This document shows, one piece after another, positions 1 through 16,112 of a stretch of DNA of 64,000 nt; positions within the stretch are counted from its first letter, which is position 1; every line of letters starts with the position of its first letter. The translations under genes and the position numbers were made by a program. The notes beneath the pieces were generated by a model that searched no databases, was not told the DNA's origin, and saw only the letters and a program-made list of their open reading frames with translations. The stretch is from Oikopleura dioica (taxonomy: Eukaryota > Animalia > Chordata), in assembly GCA_907165135.1 (NCBI GenBank), contig OU015569.1, positions 9,548,001 through 9,612,000 on the forward strand. The letters are read 5' to 3'.

Positions 1-2459
1 AAATATTTTAACTTGGATAGCGGCGCTTTAGATTGTGGACTCCAATCGTGGATCTAAAATCATTTTTTCGTCTTATCAGAAATTTGTTATCAAAGCCGGG
101 AGAGCAGCCTTCCAATGATACTTTGGTATAACAAATTATTTGATCTTGCGATTTTTGGCAAAACAACTTCGACTGTCCAGACGCTCTTTTAAATTGCCCT
201 ATGTTAAACAAATACGGCAATATTCAAATTTCTGCTCAAAGGTTCTTGCATCATCCTCTAATAAAACACGCGTAAAAACGTCACTGACAGTCAAATTTTG
301 CCGCTGCAACTACTGTAACTAAATTTGTCTTAATGACTCTTATATATTTCTATTTTTCGCTACATTTGCTCATGGAAGACTGTAGGAACCGCTGCACCAC
401 TACAATCGTGTTCATCACCGCAATGCGGCGCTACATAAACTCATATTAAAGCACAGGCACGACTTTATTGAAAAAGAAGGAATTATTGAAGAAATTCAAA
501 ATGAGAATCGCTTTTTTCGCTCCTCTTTTCTTGCCAACGGGTTGAAATCTAAGAGACTTTACTTAATAAAAAACTACCAATAAAAAAACCAAATCTACAG
601 GCTTGTAATTACAATAATATCGTTTTGAAACTGTATTTTAACCCGTTTTCCGACTGTGAATGCTGTCCGTTCCCGACATCACCACGCAAGCTCGCATGTT
701 TCAAAAAAGTCCAACTTTGAATCCTTCCCGATAAGTCAGCTTTTATTTTTTTTTAAATAATTAACGAGCCAATTTAGTTGATAATTTGGACGACGACGTT
801 GTCAATTACCTCTACTCAATAATGAACGATGGCGAGGCAGCAAAGTATAACTGAATATCTTTTAAGACGAAAATACATCTTATTTTATCATATTTGATTA
901 TTCTGACTCTTTATTTCAATGTCCTTGTTAGATCAGCAGATTTTCTTTAGAAAATATAGAGGACTCGATAAGGCTCGACAGAAGTGACGGATTTTAAAAG
1001 CCTTTCACTAAAAGCTTTTCGGCGAGTATCGAGACACAGTCCCCGAATAACCGTATTTCCGATAAAAGGAACTCATTCCGTGTCGTGCAAAAAGAGCTGG
1101 CTTGAGAGGTATCCCTCTATTGCACGGCGCTTCTAAACCCGATACATGGCTGACTCCTTCTGGATTAGGAGTGATCTTTCTACTTCTAATTGTTCCCGAT
1201 CCTCCCTAAAGAGATGATCCAACAATCTTCTAAACATCGAAATTGGAACCCTCTTTTGTCTCTTTCACGATTAGTTTAAGAAAACACAAGCAAACGCGAG
1301 CCAACTTTCCCATCCCTTTTATACAACTACTGGTATACTCTCTTGGATTTTAAATTTCCGAAAAGGAGTATAAAAAAACGCAGAAAAAAAAATTCTTTTA
1401 AAAAGTTCCCGAAAGTCTCTTTGTAGTACGGCTGGGTAAAAGCTGAAAATAGGTTTAGCCGTGCACTTCCTGGAGAATAATTTCTATTAGCCTTTTTTAA
1501 GTAACAGAGTTTGCTACGCCTCTCAATAGAAATATCCTGCTTTCAAGCGGTGAAAATCGAGAAAGAGGTTCTTCGAATCGCAATTTGTGAGAAATATCAT
1601 TCTTTTAACAAGCTAGAAAGAGCCGAACATAAAAGGCAGCGGGGATTTTCGGGTGAAAGTGCTTTTCGAAAGCATTTTTGATATCGTGGAGATATTTCCG
1701 ACGTGTACGATTTCAAACAATTTAGATTTCGCCTTGTTAAACGAAAGCCCCCCGAATTAAAGATAAATGCGCATTAAGGGTCTCCCCGAGGAAACGTGAT
1801 TTTATGGCTTCGTTAAAAAACTATTTTTTTTGACGAAGACTAACTTTATTAAGTTGGAAAGGAAGCACTTCCGCTTCGGGATTCGACGTGATTCAAGATT
1901 TTTGACGCATTTTTTGAGATAATTACTTTGCTGAAATGCGATTCTGGGGCCCGAACCATCCGAAAATGGCAAAATACACTGGAGAGGGCAGTCTTGATTC
2001 CACGAAGATTGAGCTGCCAGAAGATACGTCAAACGGCGACTGCAGCAACGTCGAGCATTTTGTGGTGTAAGTTGAGTTAATAAAAAATGCCTTTGGAAAA
2101 ATTTGAATGCAAGCTGCTTATTCTGAAAATTCAAATGAGCGAGATCCGCTGTTGTCAGCTTTGTCTAGCAGTTGCTTTTCAGAAAAAAAGTTCACCTCGG
2201 CGGCTCGATCTCGGAACCTTTTGTATTTGGGTTCATAAGGATAATCCCGCGTTCCTACTCTCAAACAACTTGAAAATCCTCTTTCTTAGGTGATAAAGTG
2301 CATTCGCATTATTCTCGTTCTTTTCTTGTTACTGCGATTTATACTTATATTTTACTATTTCAGCTCTGACAGACACAGGTCCAAGCTAGTTATTGACGCG
2401 TCTTTAAATCAGGAAAGGCTTTAATTAGGGAAGCACTAGAGAGATTTTGATTTGTTGAA

Positions 2460-4044
2460 ATGCCTCTTGAGAAAGAAGCGACAATTCTAGCTGCGACGTC
2501 GTCCATCGCGACACGGACGATCATGGCTCCCGTGGAACGTGTGAAATTGATCCTGCAGCTACAAAACGAGTTGATAAAGCAGGTTTGTCGCCTCGCCAAT
2601 AAAAAGAGGACAGAATCGAATTAAAGCCAAAATATCGCCCATGATCGGATTTAATGTTCAACTCGTTTTTTATTATTTTCGAAGAACGTGATTTCCATGT
2701 CTCAAGTGAAATCGATAAAAGTTCATTTGATGTATCAAAATTCAGGGACGTTTGATTGAGCCGTACCGCGGATTTCGTGACTGCTTCCGGCGGATCGTCT
2801 CGGTTGAAGGAGCTCAATCACTCTGGAGAGGTTGTTTCAAGAATACAAGAAAGAAGTTAACTGTTAACCCGTTCAGGCAACATCGCGCAAGTCGTGCGCT
2901 GCGTCCATACCCAAGGAACGTTACCCGCTTTTGTGATATTTGAGCAACGGAATTCCGTAAAAATAATTATCTTATCAAGTTTGCGTCGCTTTTAATCCTC
3001 TTCAAACAAACTCGATTTCGGAAAAAAGGAGACGTCACCTAAGGTGCACTAATCCTGACACGAGATTTGTAAGAAGAGAATTCGGAATGAAGCAGAACTT
3101 GTTTAAGAAATCAATTTGATGTTCAAAGACCGGATTCTTCGTCTCTTCTCGATAAACTGTGACACGAGTGCAAGTCAACTCATGTTGTTTAACATCGCAG
3201 CTGGTAGGTTGACCGATAAGGCGCACACAGCTGATAATCTGCGAGTTTTTTGTTCGAAGGCTTCTCCTAAGTTCGAACGAACATCCACCGCCGATAAGAT
3301 AATCTTTCTTCAGGAGGACTGGCCGGCGTCCTCACCGACTGCTTCCTTTATTCCTTCGACTTCGCAAGGACCGCGCTCGCCGCTGACGTCAAAGGTAACC
3401 GAGTTTCAACCATGCAAGCGACATTAAAATGTTTGGCGAATGGAGACCGAGTATTCAAGCCGCCGCTCGTCGCGGAGATAAGGCGATGTAACTCAAAAGC
3501 AAAAAATATTATTTAGATCCGTTCACTCACAAGCGCGTGTACGAAAACGGCTTCAAAGATGTCTTAAGCACGGTTTACAAATCGGATGGCATACGCGGCC
3601 TCTATCGCGGCTTTTTTGTCTCCTCGTTTGGCCTGTTTATTTACAGGGGCTTGTACTACGGGATGTACGACTCGTTGAAGCCGCAGTTGCTGGATGAAAA
3701 TAGCAGCTTTGCGCGGCGATTCTGCCTTGCATATTGCGTCACCATTTTTGCCATGCAAATGTCATATCCTTTCGACACTCTGAGGAGACGAATGATGCTC
3801 ACTTCGGGCACTGGAAGGCACTACCCAAGTTCGCTCCATTGTTTGAAGGAGATTCGTGAGTACTCACAGCGCCCTTGCGATTTTACTCTCCTTAGTCAAA
3901 TACGAAGGCAAAAGCGCGCTGATGGTGGGTTCAACCGCCAACATTATGCGAGGCACCGGAGGAGCGCTTATTCTAGCTGGATTTGATCACCTCAAACAAG
4001 TCTACTTGAAATGGAAGTTCATGATAGATCCAGGAAAGAGCTGA
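2460..4044 (+). CDS. SLC25A4-like: ADP/ATP translocase (mitochondrial carrier, ANT/SLC25A4-6 family), divergent, multi-exon
   Basis: Exons translate to [78 protein letters not shown] and [13 protein letters not shown]. These match the three carrier repeats and the RRRMM signature. The middle exon boundaries (2916-3300) are uncertain. Confidence 0.9.
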
Positions 4045-7000
4045 TAAAAAATTTAAACGAAGCGTGTAAAAGTTCAATTGAGAAGGCTCTTAAAAGTGAA
4101 CGCGTACTAGAAATGGAGAACATACGTTTTATACTAGGAAATTCTATTTTTACTATTTTTTTTTCTGAATTCGTTGTAAATAAAATCAAAAACGAACAAG
4201 GTCAGTGTTGGAAAAGCGGCTGAGCTGTGGCGGCTATGGCGGTCGAAAAATGAAAAAAGCTGCTTTCCCATAAACAACTAATTCATCCGACAGCTCAGAG
4301 ACAAACAATGCCTAAACTGCCATCCTAAAGAAATGTTGAATAAATTATTTTTTTGCCCAAAGTTTTGAACGGAAAGAAAAATTTTGAAGTGGCTGATGGA
4401 CGTGTTCGCGCTTTTAAATGCTTGCCTGAGAAAAATGAGTAATCATCGTTTTTCGTGGTTCATTTTAAGCGAACCGCGAGCTCCTGAAGTCGGTTTCCAA
4501 CTGGTCCCAGAAACTTCCATTTTCTAAAGACAGGATTAACTAACAACCACTCAAAAGCTATTTCTGAGAGTTCCAATCGACCAAAAGCCAATTTTACACC
4601 CTTATTTTTGCAAATCCGGTTCCTCGCTCCTTCTTTCCATTACAAAATACTATTTTTGACGTCGACAAAACAGATTGAAATTTTTATTATTTTTTGGTCA
4701 GTCGTAACAAGCCGTTCAACTTTGAAATCCTCAACCAAATGGAAAAGCTGTTGACTGCTTTGCCCGAAATGTGTTGCGTCAGCTAACGCCAGGAATCCGT
4801 CAAAATGCCACGACCAGATCAAGATTCGATTTTCATAATGTCGCTTTACCGGATGTCGAAAAGAGGCACCTTCCAAAATCGAGCAGTTCTAAGGTCGCCC
4901 GTTGTTTTTGTCAAACGACACTCACGTTCAACGCCCCTGCTCAATGCAAATTTACTCATCTTCTTTCCCAACATGATGCTTTCAGCCTATTTTAACGATC
5001 AAATTATTATAATACTATATGATGCACTATGTTCGATTCTATATCATACAAAGAAAGTCAAGATAAAGAGCCATTTTGAGTAAATTTTCTAGGAACGAAA
5101 ACCGAACAGAGAGTGCAAAACCAAGACGTATTGGAAGCAACTACCGTAATTTATGAAGTGAATTATGGGCGAACCTAAAGCACTTAGAAGAAACCGCAAT
5201 GGGGGCATTTGAAGTGCTTCCATCTCCGTCTAATTCTGCGCTGGCCTTTCTTCAAAGCAGCGAAAAGTTTGACGCAACAATCTCGCCACGTCAAAATAGC
5301 AACCAGCTCTTCGACCCAGAGTTCTCATCTCATTCTCGTCCTCACCGATTCCGACCTTGAAATATTAATTGCGTTTCTGAGCAAAAACTTCTCAGAAGAG
5401 AACACGCCGGATTCCTCAGGAGGCGGAATCGAATTTTATGTAGTTTTAACAAGTCGAACGCGGGCGAGTTAACGAGCATCTACGAACAGCTGCTTTACCC
5501 TGCATTTTCGAATTCCCGCCTTTCATTATCAGATTTGTTCTTTCTCTAATGAAAGTTCATCTTGAAGGGTCTTTTAGCGCTACGAAACAAATTTTGCAGT
5601 GTCCTTTTTTTGTTGCCAAAACTTGTCTCATCAGCTTCTCACGTGGGATGAATCTTGTACTCAAATTAACGGGCTTGGAAAACAACAAGACAGATATTAC
5701 ATTAGGACTTGGGAGAAGATGATCTTTTTGCCTCGCTGAGAATTGAACTGAGATTGTGCAAGGCAGTCGTTAAACAATCAGATGCGGGCTTGGGAGATAC
5801 ATTACGCCGATTCTGGCACCGCGCCACGTACCTCTTGTGTATCTCTTCTTTGCAAGCTACAGTACCGGTTAGTGACCCATCCAATTAGTAGCCTAGAAAA
5901 GTCGATTAAGGTTGTCTTTGCTTTTTTACCATTAAGCGTCCAATCGCGGTCGGATTAAATCGCATACTCTGACCAAACAGAGCGAGAACTATTTCCTAAC
6001 TCGAGTATTGACAACACTGTATTGTACCATATTGGAGATTTTTACCAGTTTTATTTGAAAATTAAGCGTTCACATGATAATCAGTTGATTGCTTTCTCAT
6101 TCTACAGTATGACCTCGATGGTGAAAGCTCGGCTGGAGAGACCTCTAGATCTCACTCTCGCGGAGAAGAGTCGGTGGGACTGTGGCGCTCGCGCGCGCTC
6201 CGATCGCGACTTCTCCTCTCGACTCTCGCGCGCCCTCTCTGTGGCAGTAGTACCATCTTCCATAGTGAGATTTTGAAGCGGCCAATCAACTGGCACGTTC
6301 TATTCCCTCGGCCAATCGGCGCTAGGCAGTAAAAACGGAGGACCCATCTGTCGTCAAACGTGCTGAGACGGTGTCGGAGCTTCCCTAACAAAGCTTCGGG
6401 GCCAATATTTTTGTAATTTTTGCACTTTATAGAGTTTTAACCGCGACTTAGCATCGGTGCACGCGTTTTATAGAGAACTTTACAAAACGCCTTTTGCTCA
6501 AGCACAAACTCAGCAAGGAATAAAGAGACTAGTATTCCTTTAGAGATTTTCGCCGATCTAACTAGAGACTTGAACATAGAAAAAAGAACCGACCCACTTG
6601 AGTGGATCCAATCGACGAGTTTTTTGTCCATCAGGTAACTTCAATTTGCCAAAGCAGCAAAAACGTGTGCTTAATTACTTTGTTAATTAATTGTTAGTTA
6701 TTCACTAGGAGATTCGAATTCAACTACCAGAATTACTGTTTCATTGTTGAATCCAATATCTGTATTTCGAGATACTACAGTGGTATTAGTACCTAGCTAG
6801 TTTACTAAAATCGACCTGTTGTACTATACGATCTTATTTTTGGATCCTTCGCAGTTCGTATTTCTAGTCAAATATTTTAGACAAATTCTTTAAAAAATAA
6901 TATAATAAAGAAGTCTAGACTGGATTAGTTTTAGTGACAGTATAAAAAAGTATTTTCTAGCACGTTTCTAACCGCTCTCTTTTAGATCCTGTCGGCGTTC

Positions 7001-9137
7001 TGTGATCCTAAAATTTAGGAAAAGTCATATTCTTGTCGCATTTAGCGGAAAAGGTCGACCATCCTTCCTATTTCTGCCTTTCGCTTTTTATGTATAAATC
7101 TGCTTAAAAAACTAAAAATTCCAATTTTTGTCAAAACTTGCGTTCTATCGACAGAGAGACTTAAAACATAAAGGAAAATTGGTTAAAAACTAATTCTAAT
7201 CAAATTCAAGGAAAACGCTCATTTTCGCTGAAACAAGGGTTAGGGCCTTTTGAGCTTTTTTCCACTTTTTTCATAAGCTTTGAACTTTTTCTCCGCCCGA
7301 GCTATTTTTTTAACCAGCCAAAGCAACGGGTATAATTATTTTGATCAATTTCTAGTCACCTTTTTGCGAAAGAAATTTCTTTTCAGCCATAGAAAATTGT
7401 TGTTTACCCTTTGAAAAGTCACAGTAGGGTTGCTCAAAATTTATTTTTTCTTTCAATTTATTGATTAATAAGTTTTCTCAAACCAAGGTCTTTTTGGCGT
7501 ATTTTTTTGTCAACCCTTGCCAGTTAGGGATGCATAGTTTTAGAAGTTATTTTAGTTTGTTGTTGGTGTAGTCTAGTTTTCATCTCGTAATTGCGTTATC
7601 ATGTTTTCATCCCATATTGCCACAGGATGGTATTAAAATCATCATAATTTTATGCACCTACTTCTTGCTTTGTTTCTTTTTTTTTTTTTGCTAAAAACGA
7701 AGTTTTGTGATTTTAAAACCCGAATGGTATCCAGGGAAAGGTCAACATCATTTTTATTTTTCCCTATTCTTAAGTTTTCGGGACTTTTTTTTTCCAAAAA
7801 ATGCTATTTTGTAGTTTTGTAGTATTGACCTTAAAATTATCACCAGATCGGGATTCAAATTTGTTTTTTTTTGCTCATTTTTTGAAATTTACTGAAAAAA
7901 AAATTCTTGATTCGTTAGAATCTCTTTTAAATCCCCTTGTATCCAGTTAGGGTTATACAGTTGTCAATGATAATGATTTATTTTCTAAACCTGAAAATCA
8001 TAATTAAAGCATAAATGCCTTAAAAATTGATGATAACCCCACTTTGCCTTCTACATTTCCAGAGAAGGGTCTAATAAATTTTTGCGTTTGAATTTAGATG
8101 TTTTTAGCGGCCCTTTTCTAACGCTTTTTAATTAACAAATATTAAACCCTATTCACTCATCGAGCAGTGAAAGGCGGGATAAAAATTCTCTAATTCAATC
8201 ATTGAATATTTTTTAATTTTGTTGTTTTAATTAAAGAATCAAACATTTGAGTTTTTCATCCAAAAAAGACAAGGTAACATATCGCATACTTTTCGAGCAC
8301 TTTTCACAATTCAAAAAATAATTCTTTCGAATTTGCCGATCTAAACAAATTTCCTAGCCTGGTTTGTATTCGGGTCAAAAAGAAGCATCTTTCTAACTAA
8401 ATTCTAGCACTTTCCAGAAAAGGATTCAAATCAACTGCCGAACGAAAGCTCTATTCAATTTGCAGATTTTTAGACTAGCTCTTTTATTTATAAAGTACGC
8501 TATTTTAAAAAAGAAGCCTGATTTTCAATCCAAAATAACCAAAAAGGAGAGGGGAAATTTTTCAGCGCAAGTTGTGACATTCTACATGCTAGACGAGTCC
8601 GCTTTGAAGCATTTTGTGTGCCGCAAATATTTACCCTAAATAGCCCAACAGATCATCAGGTATGCCTTGCAAAATTATTATTTTCGACCGCTCGAAAGTG
8701 TCTAAAATGCCGGCCGAATTTTAAAATTGATTATAGAGGGTCCGCGACGCGTTTCAGTTGCCAGTTTTATCGAGTCGCATATCAATCGTTTGTTTGAATC
8801 AAATATTGCTATATTTCATTCGAATCTGAATATGCAGGTGCGCCTGCGCATATTCAAATGATAAATGGATTTTCTGATTTGCTCAGGCATAATTTTCTTT
8901 TCCGTCTCTAAGTTCTTTTCGTAAATTGATATGCGTAATCCATTTAACTGAACAACGCGAAACTGACGAATCGAGACTGAAATCAACAACGATCGAAGAC
9001 GCAAGCAATCCCAAACACACCACTTCCAAAGCGCATCCAGACGAGTTCCCGTTTTTAGTGGAGTCTCCACGTGGTAAAATTTCACAAACGCCCAATCCAG
9101 TCAATACAAATAGCCGGTTCTAAATATTATTTAAGGA

Positions 9138-11300
9138 ATGACTGACTTCGGCGGCAACGGGCAAGGGGCCGCCGTCGCGGAGTGCGAGCTCAATCTGCCG
9201 CACTCGAATAAGCTCACGTTGACGTCAAGCGACTTGAACGAGCTCGGCTGCACCACCTCCACCTCAGCGAAGTCGACAGTCTCCAGCTCTGGCGTCAGTT
9301 CAGGCGCAAGTAGCTCAACAAACTCCAAATGTCAAAATGCGAGTCAACACAGACGGAGTTCCGTCAAATCCGGCAGCATGCTCTCAGTCTTTCGCAAATC
9401 GCGTTCTGTGAGCCATCACGAGCACGCTCGCCGAGTGCTTCAAGAGAATCGGAGCCGCAGTCGCAAAACTACCAAGGATAATAATGCTCCGAAGACGCGG
9501 CGAGCGCGTTCTAGTTCCCGCATCTTCATCGAAATATTGCGCACGCTGAGTAAAGGATTCTCAAGCTGTAGGTCCGACAGGGAGCGGGATCACACCCAGA
9601 CTCTTGACAAAAACGACCAGAGTACTGGCGGCGGTCGACGTGGCTCCCGCTTTTCGGCAAACCACCTGGAACCCAAAGGAAGACGCAAATCACACGACGC
9701 GTCACACGACGGAACAAACGGCTCTGACTCAACATCGACGGGCTATGTTTCCGATTCCTCAAATGAAAAGCATGATCATGAACAGTCTAAGCTACAGAAT
9801 CAAAAGACACTCTCTGCGATGTCCGACGTGGCTCAAAATCATCAAACAGATGCAGTAGTCTGCCCATCAAAGATACATGCCTGGGCGGAAAAAGTGGTAA
9901 ACCAGCTGGACATAAACCCGCCGGCAATCGAAAATGTCGAGCTAGAGGTCCCAAAAAATCGCGTTTATGTGGCTTCAAGTTGTTCTGATGAGGATTTCAC
10001 GGAAGCTAGCGACGAGTCCTTCTACACGAGTCAATCTGACTCTGTATCTAGCGATTATGAATCGACTTCGACCTACGATGAGGACACAGAAGATAAAGAA
10101 ATCAAGAATGAACTCAAGCAACTGAACATGACTGAGCTGAACAAAAAAGAGCTTGGAATCATCAAGGAAGAAGACGAAAAAGAAGTCCAAGACGAAAATG
10201 TCAATAAAAAAGTGAAGCGACGCAAGAGCACTCTCAAGCGAAAGAAAACCGTGAGAGGCGACGAAGATCAAGCCAGACCAGTCCGGAAGAAGGCAGTCCA
10301 GAAGGTCGAAGAACTCGACAACATAAGCAGATCAGGAAGCCTGAAGGACATGATATTGCAGTTTGAAACGACAATGGCGGAACTGAACATAAATGTCGAC
10401 AACGCTAAAAACATTCAAGAGCAGCTGGAAGTCAAGGATTCGCCGCTTTTAGGGGTCAAAGGTATGATTCTAGTAAAGTATTGAGTTCTCATTGTATCGT
10501 AGCAATTGCTAGAAAAATACAGGAGCAAACAGAATTTGACTCGATGGAAGTTGAGTGCATGCCTCCCAGTCAAATTTTGAAGCTCAAGCAGGCGCTTGAC
10601 CTTGAACCAAAAGAAGATCTTTCCCAACCAGTTCCCCTCTCCCGGCGCTCAGAATCCAAAGTCGCCCAAATCGCCAAGCAAATCGCGGATGCGGAGCGAG
10701 AGCGTCAAAAACTGGAAAAGGCGATGGCACGTTCCGGGAAATCACCAAAGGTTTACTATGTTTTTTTTTCATTTTGACATGAATGACGTCTATTTTAAAG
10801 TTTAATTCAGAACAATTTTTTAACGCAAAATTTCAATCACTATATCTAAGGCATCGAAACGACAACAATCAACGTCGTTTATAAATGAGCTTTTGGAAAT
10901 GGCTCGAGCCGAAAACTCGGCCAAGAACTCAACGGAGAACTCACCGTCTGGTTCCGCACCGGATTTCAAGCAATCATTGTTGGCGGCGCGGAAGAAAATT
11001 ACCCAAAGAGACGAGCAAATAACTCCTGGCTCCTTAGTAGCACCAGATGACAAGAAGATGGAACCCCTTCCACTTGCACCCTCGGTTTCCACTTCTTCTA
11101 CCGAAGGCGGTGCGCCTGGTGGACCCAACGAAGTGGTCGACCCTTTTGTGCAAGAAGTGCTCACCTCAAAAAACGTGCCCGAGCCGGTGAAGCAGAAAAT
11201 TCGCATAGAATGCTGGTCGCTGTTCAACGATCCGCGCACACCTAAAGGCGTCAAACAGTGCATACTCGCCACGATGCTCAGCAAAGTTCAAAACGAATGA
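9138..11300 (+). CDS. Uncharacterised Ser-rich/acidic, charged coiled-coil protein (3 exons)
   Basis: A 448-aa ORF joins in frame through GT-AG introns at 10462-10502 and 10751-10850 to exons ending at the stop at 11300. The sequence is low-complexity S/R/E/K and I recognise no family motif. Confidence 0.75.
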
Positions 11301-11998
11301 TACCGCGCCATATAGGCCCACATTCAAATTTTTCTGTCTGTACACTTTGTGAATTTATTTTTCCTTGACACCCGCGTGGCTTGCTACGTTTTGACAAAAA
11401 TTGTCCCAATTGAATTTTTCAAAATTTTATAAAAAACCAAACGAGGCAATGACATCTTTTCATCCTCGACTGGGCCACGACGGTTTCCGTGGCCAGCGCA
11501 TAGGCGGTGAGCACCCTTAATATCCAGCGTGTACTGTCCCGTAATTGCTTAAAAATCAAACGCTGCAATAATTCTTGCTAGAACTCAACACTTTCAATTA
11601 CAATAATAGTCATCCATGATTTCGATTGATTACTGGACAGCTACTCACAGGATCACTTCTCTAAACTTAATTTGATTTACTTTGTGTAGCTTTTAAAGTT
11701 AAACAAATGATCCGAAGCGGCAAATTTTTGCGAAGATAAAAATCATAAAAACAACGACGACACCAGCGACTTAAAAGTCAAGGATGATTAAGAGAATTTG
11801 TAATTTTGAATAAAAATAACTTGCGTCCCGTCGCATTCGGATTCTTTTCGAGTTTTTTTACACTGAAGCAAATCAGAGCGTCTTTTCTAGTTGTAAAATA
11901 ATAAATACGACCCTATCTTTTCTTAATCCTTCGTGTTTCGTTTTCTTGCAAGTCTTCCTCAATTTCAAAGGCTAATTTATTGCAACTTGAAAATAACA

Positions 11999-14552
<2,554 letters not shown>

Positions 14553-15393
14553 GAGTATCTTGTTCTTGCTGATATAAAATTTAACAAGTGTCAGTTTCTG
14601 GGCAATGTCGGGTTGAACTGAAATACGAAAAATTGAAAGCGGGCTGTATCTATCAGGGGAATTAAATTACTCATTTATCGACTCCAAGACCTGATGCTTG
14701 CTCTCCCTTTTCCCTAATCAATTTCTAATAGCCTCGCGATTATTTCTTTACCTTAAAATTTACTCCACCGCGTAAGAAAGAGAACTCTTATTGAAATCTA
14801 ACTCTTTTTTGTTTTCAACTTTTACAAAAACAAAAGGCGTTCTAGGGCTACTTGGTTATATTTTTTGCCCTTTTCTATAATTGATTAATAAGAATATCAG
14901 AATTAGCGTTAATAGCTTTTTCGCTAAAACCGAATCTTGACCAGATTCTGGTTGTCGATTGCTAAGTTAATTACTGAAGCTCAATGATTGCCTGCAATAA
15001 AAACTCAATTCAACCTCTTCCCCGAACAGGAGGAGGAAGACTCGCAGAGTGGAATTTTCGAAAATTTTATTGTTTTTCTCGAAGGCATTTGAACATTTTT
15101 GAATGAACGTGAAAGAAAAGTGCACGCTTGAACAGACTCCGAGAAACTGTGGAAGATTTAGTGTTATAATAGGAATTTAAAACCTCAAAACGAGATCATT
15201 CCAAAATTTCAAAAATAGACTCGTTTGAAAAAGAAGGAGCGAGGCGCCGGTGCGGGCAAACAGCTTTAATTTTGGATATGTGTTGGCCAGGATTCTTTTG
15301 TTTAGATTAGCTTAATAAGGCAAGTATAGTCACGGTAAAACAGTGAGTCAAACAGTTATTGTTAGAAAGAGCAACATCCTGAGCGTAGATAAG

Positions 15394-16104
15394 TTTCGAA
15401 AAATGTTTTCAGGCCAAAAATCACTTTTTAACTGTTAGTGCCATCTTCACCGCCGTCTCAAACCGAGTCGAACGGTATATGTATCTCTTGAAAATTCTAG
15501 AGTTTCGGGTACTTCCGGTCAAATTTACGAAATTCTAGTATTCCACTGCCGTTTTTGATACAGATATGGTACTATGGCATATAGCATATCAAAATGACCG
15601 CTAGGACGTGAGGAGTGCAGGGGTTTCAAAAATAAGTACTTTTGCAAAGAAAAGTACCTAAAAAATTATTTTGTGATTTTTAGCACTAAAAATATCAAAT
15701 TTCAAGAAATTTTCGATTTAAATGTAGTTTTCTTTGTAGATTTATTTATAAGAGATAAAACTTGATTATCCATCTGCTTTCTGCCCGAAAAATAATAATT
15801 GATATTTTTAGTGCTAAAAATCACAAAATAATTATTTTTAGGTACTTTTCTTTGCAAAAGTACTTATTTTTGAAACCCCTGCACTCCTCACGTCCTAGCG
15901 GTCATTTTGATATGCTATATGCCATAGTACCATATCTGTATCAAAAACGGCAGTGGAATACTAGAATTTCGTAAATTTGACCGGAAGTACCCGAAACTCT
16001 AGAATTTTCAAGAGATACATATACCGTTCGACTCGGTTTGAGACGGCGGTGAAGATGGCACTAACAGTTAAAAAGTTATTTTTGGCCTGAAAAATTTTTC
16101 GAAA
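15394..16104. repeat. Long foldback inverted repeat (about 305-bp arms, 100-bp spacer)
   Basis: 15394-15698 is the near-perfect reverse complement of 15799-16104, with a few small differences. No ORF of note and no TSD found. Confidence 0.95.
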
Positions 16105-16112
16105 ATCATCCG

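Noticed and set aside
650-2300. Short coding-like fragments (for example LDDDVVNYLYSIM at about 795-850 on the plus strand, and minus-strand ORF 1802-2134)
   Set aside because: I could not join them into a consistent gene model or recognise a family, and there are frequent stops.
4640-6296. Retroelement or gene remnants on the minus strand, including a CCAAT-preceded ORF at 6263
   Set aside because: No convincing RT, integrase or gag motif, and no verified splice chain.
6900-8200. Further TAGGG-ended elements in the AT-rich tract
   Set aside because: The TAGGG/CCCTA candidates (7241, about 7525, about 7947, about 8150) have no matching 8-bp TSD. This is at most a decayed repeat.
15762-15974. 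70-aa ORF in the foldback arm
   Set aside because: It lies wholly within the palindrome, starts at a non-ATG codon and has no coding features.
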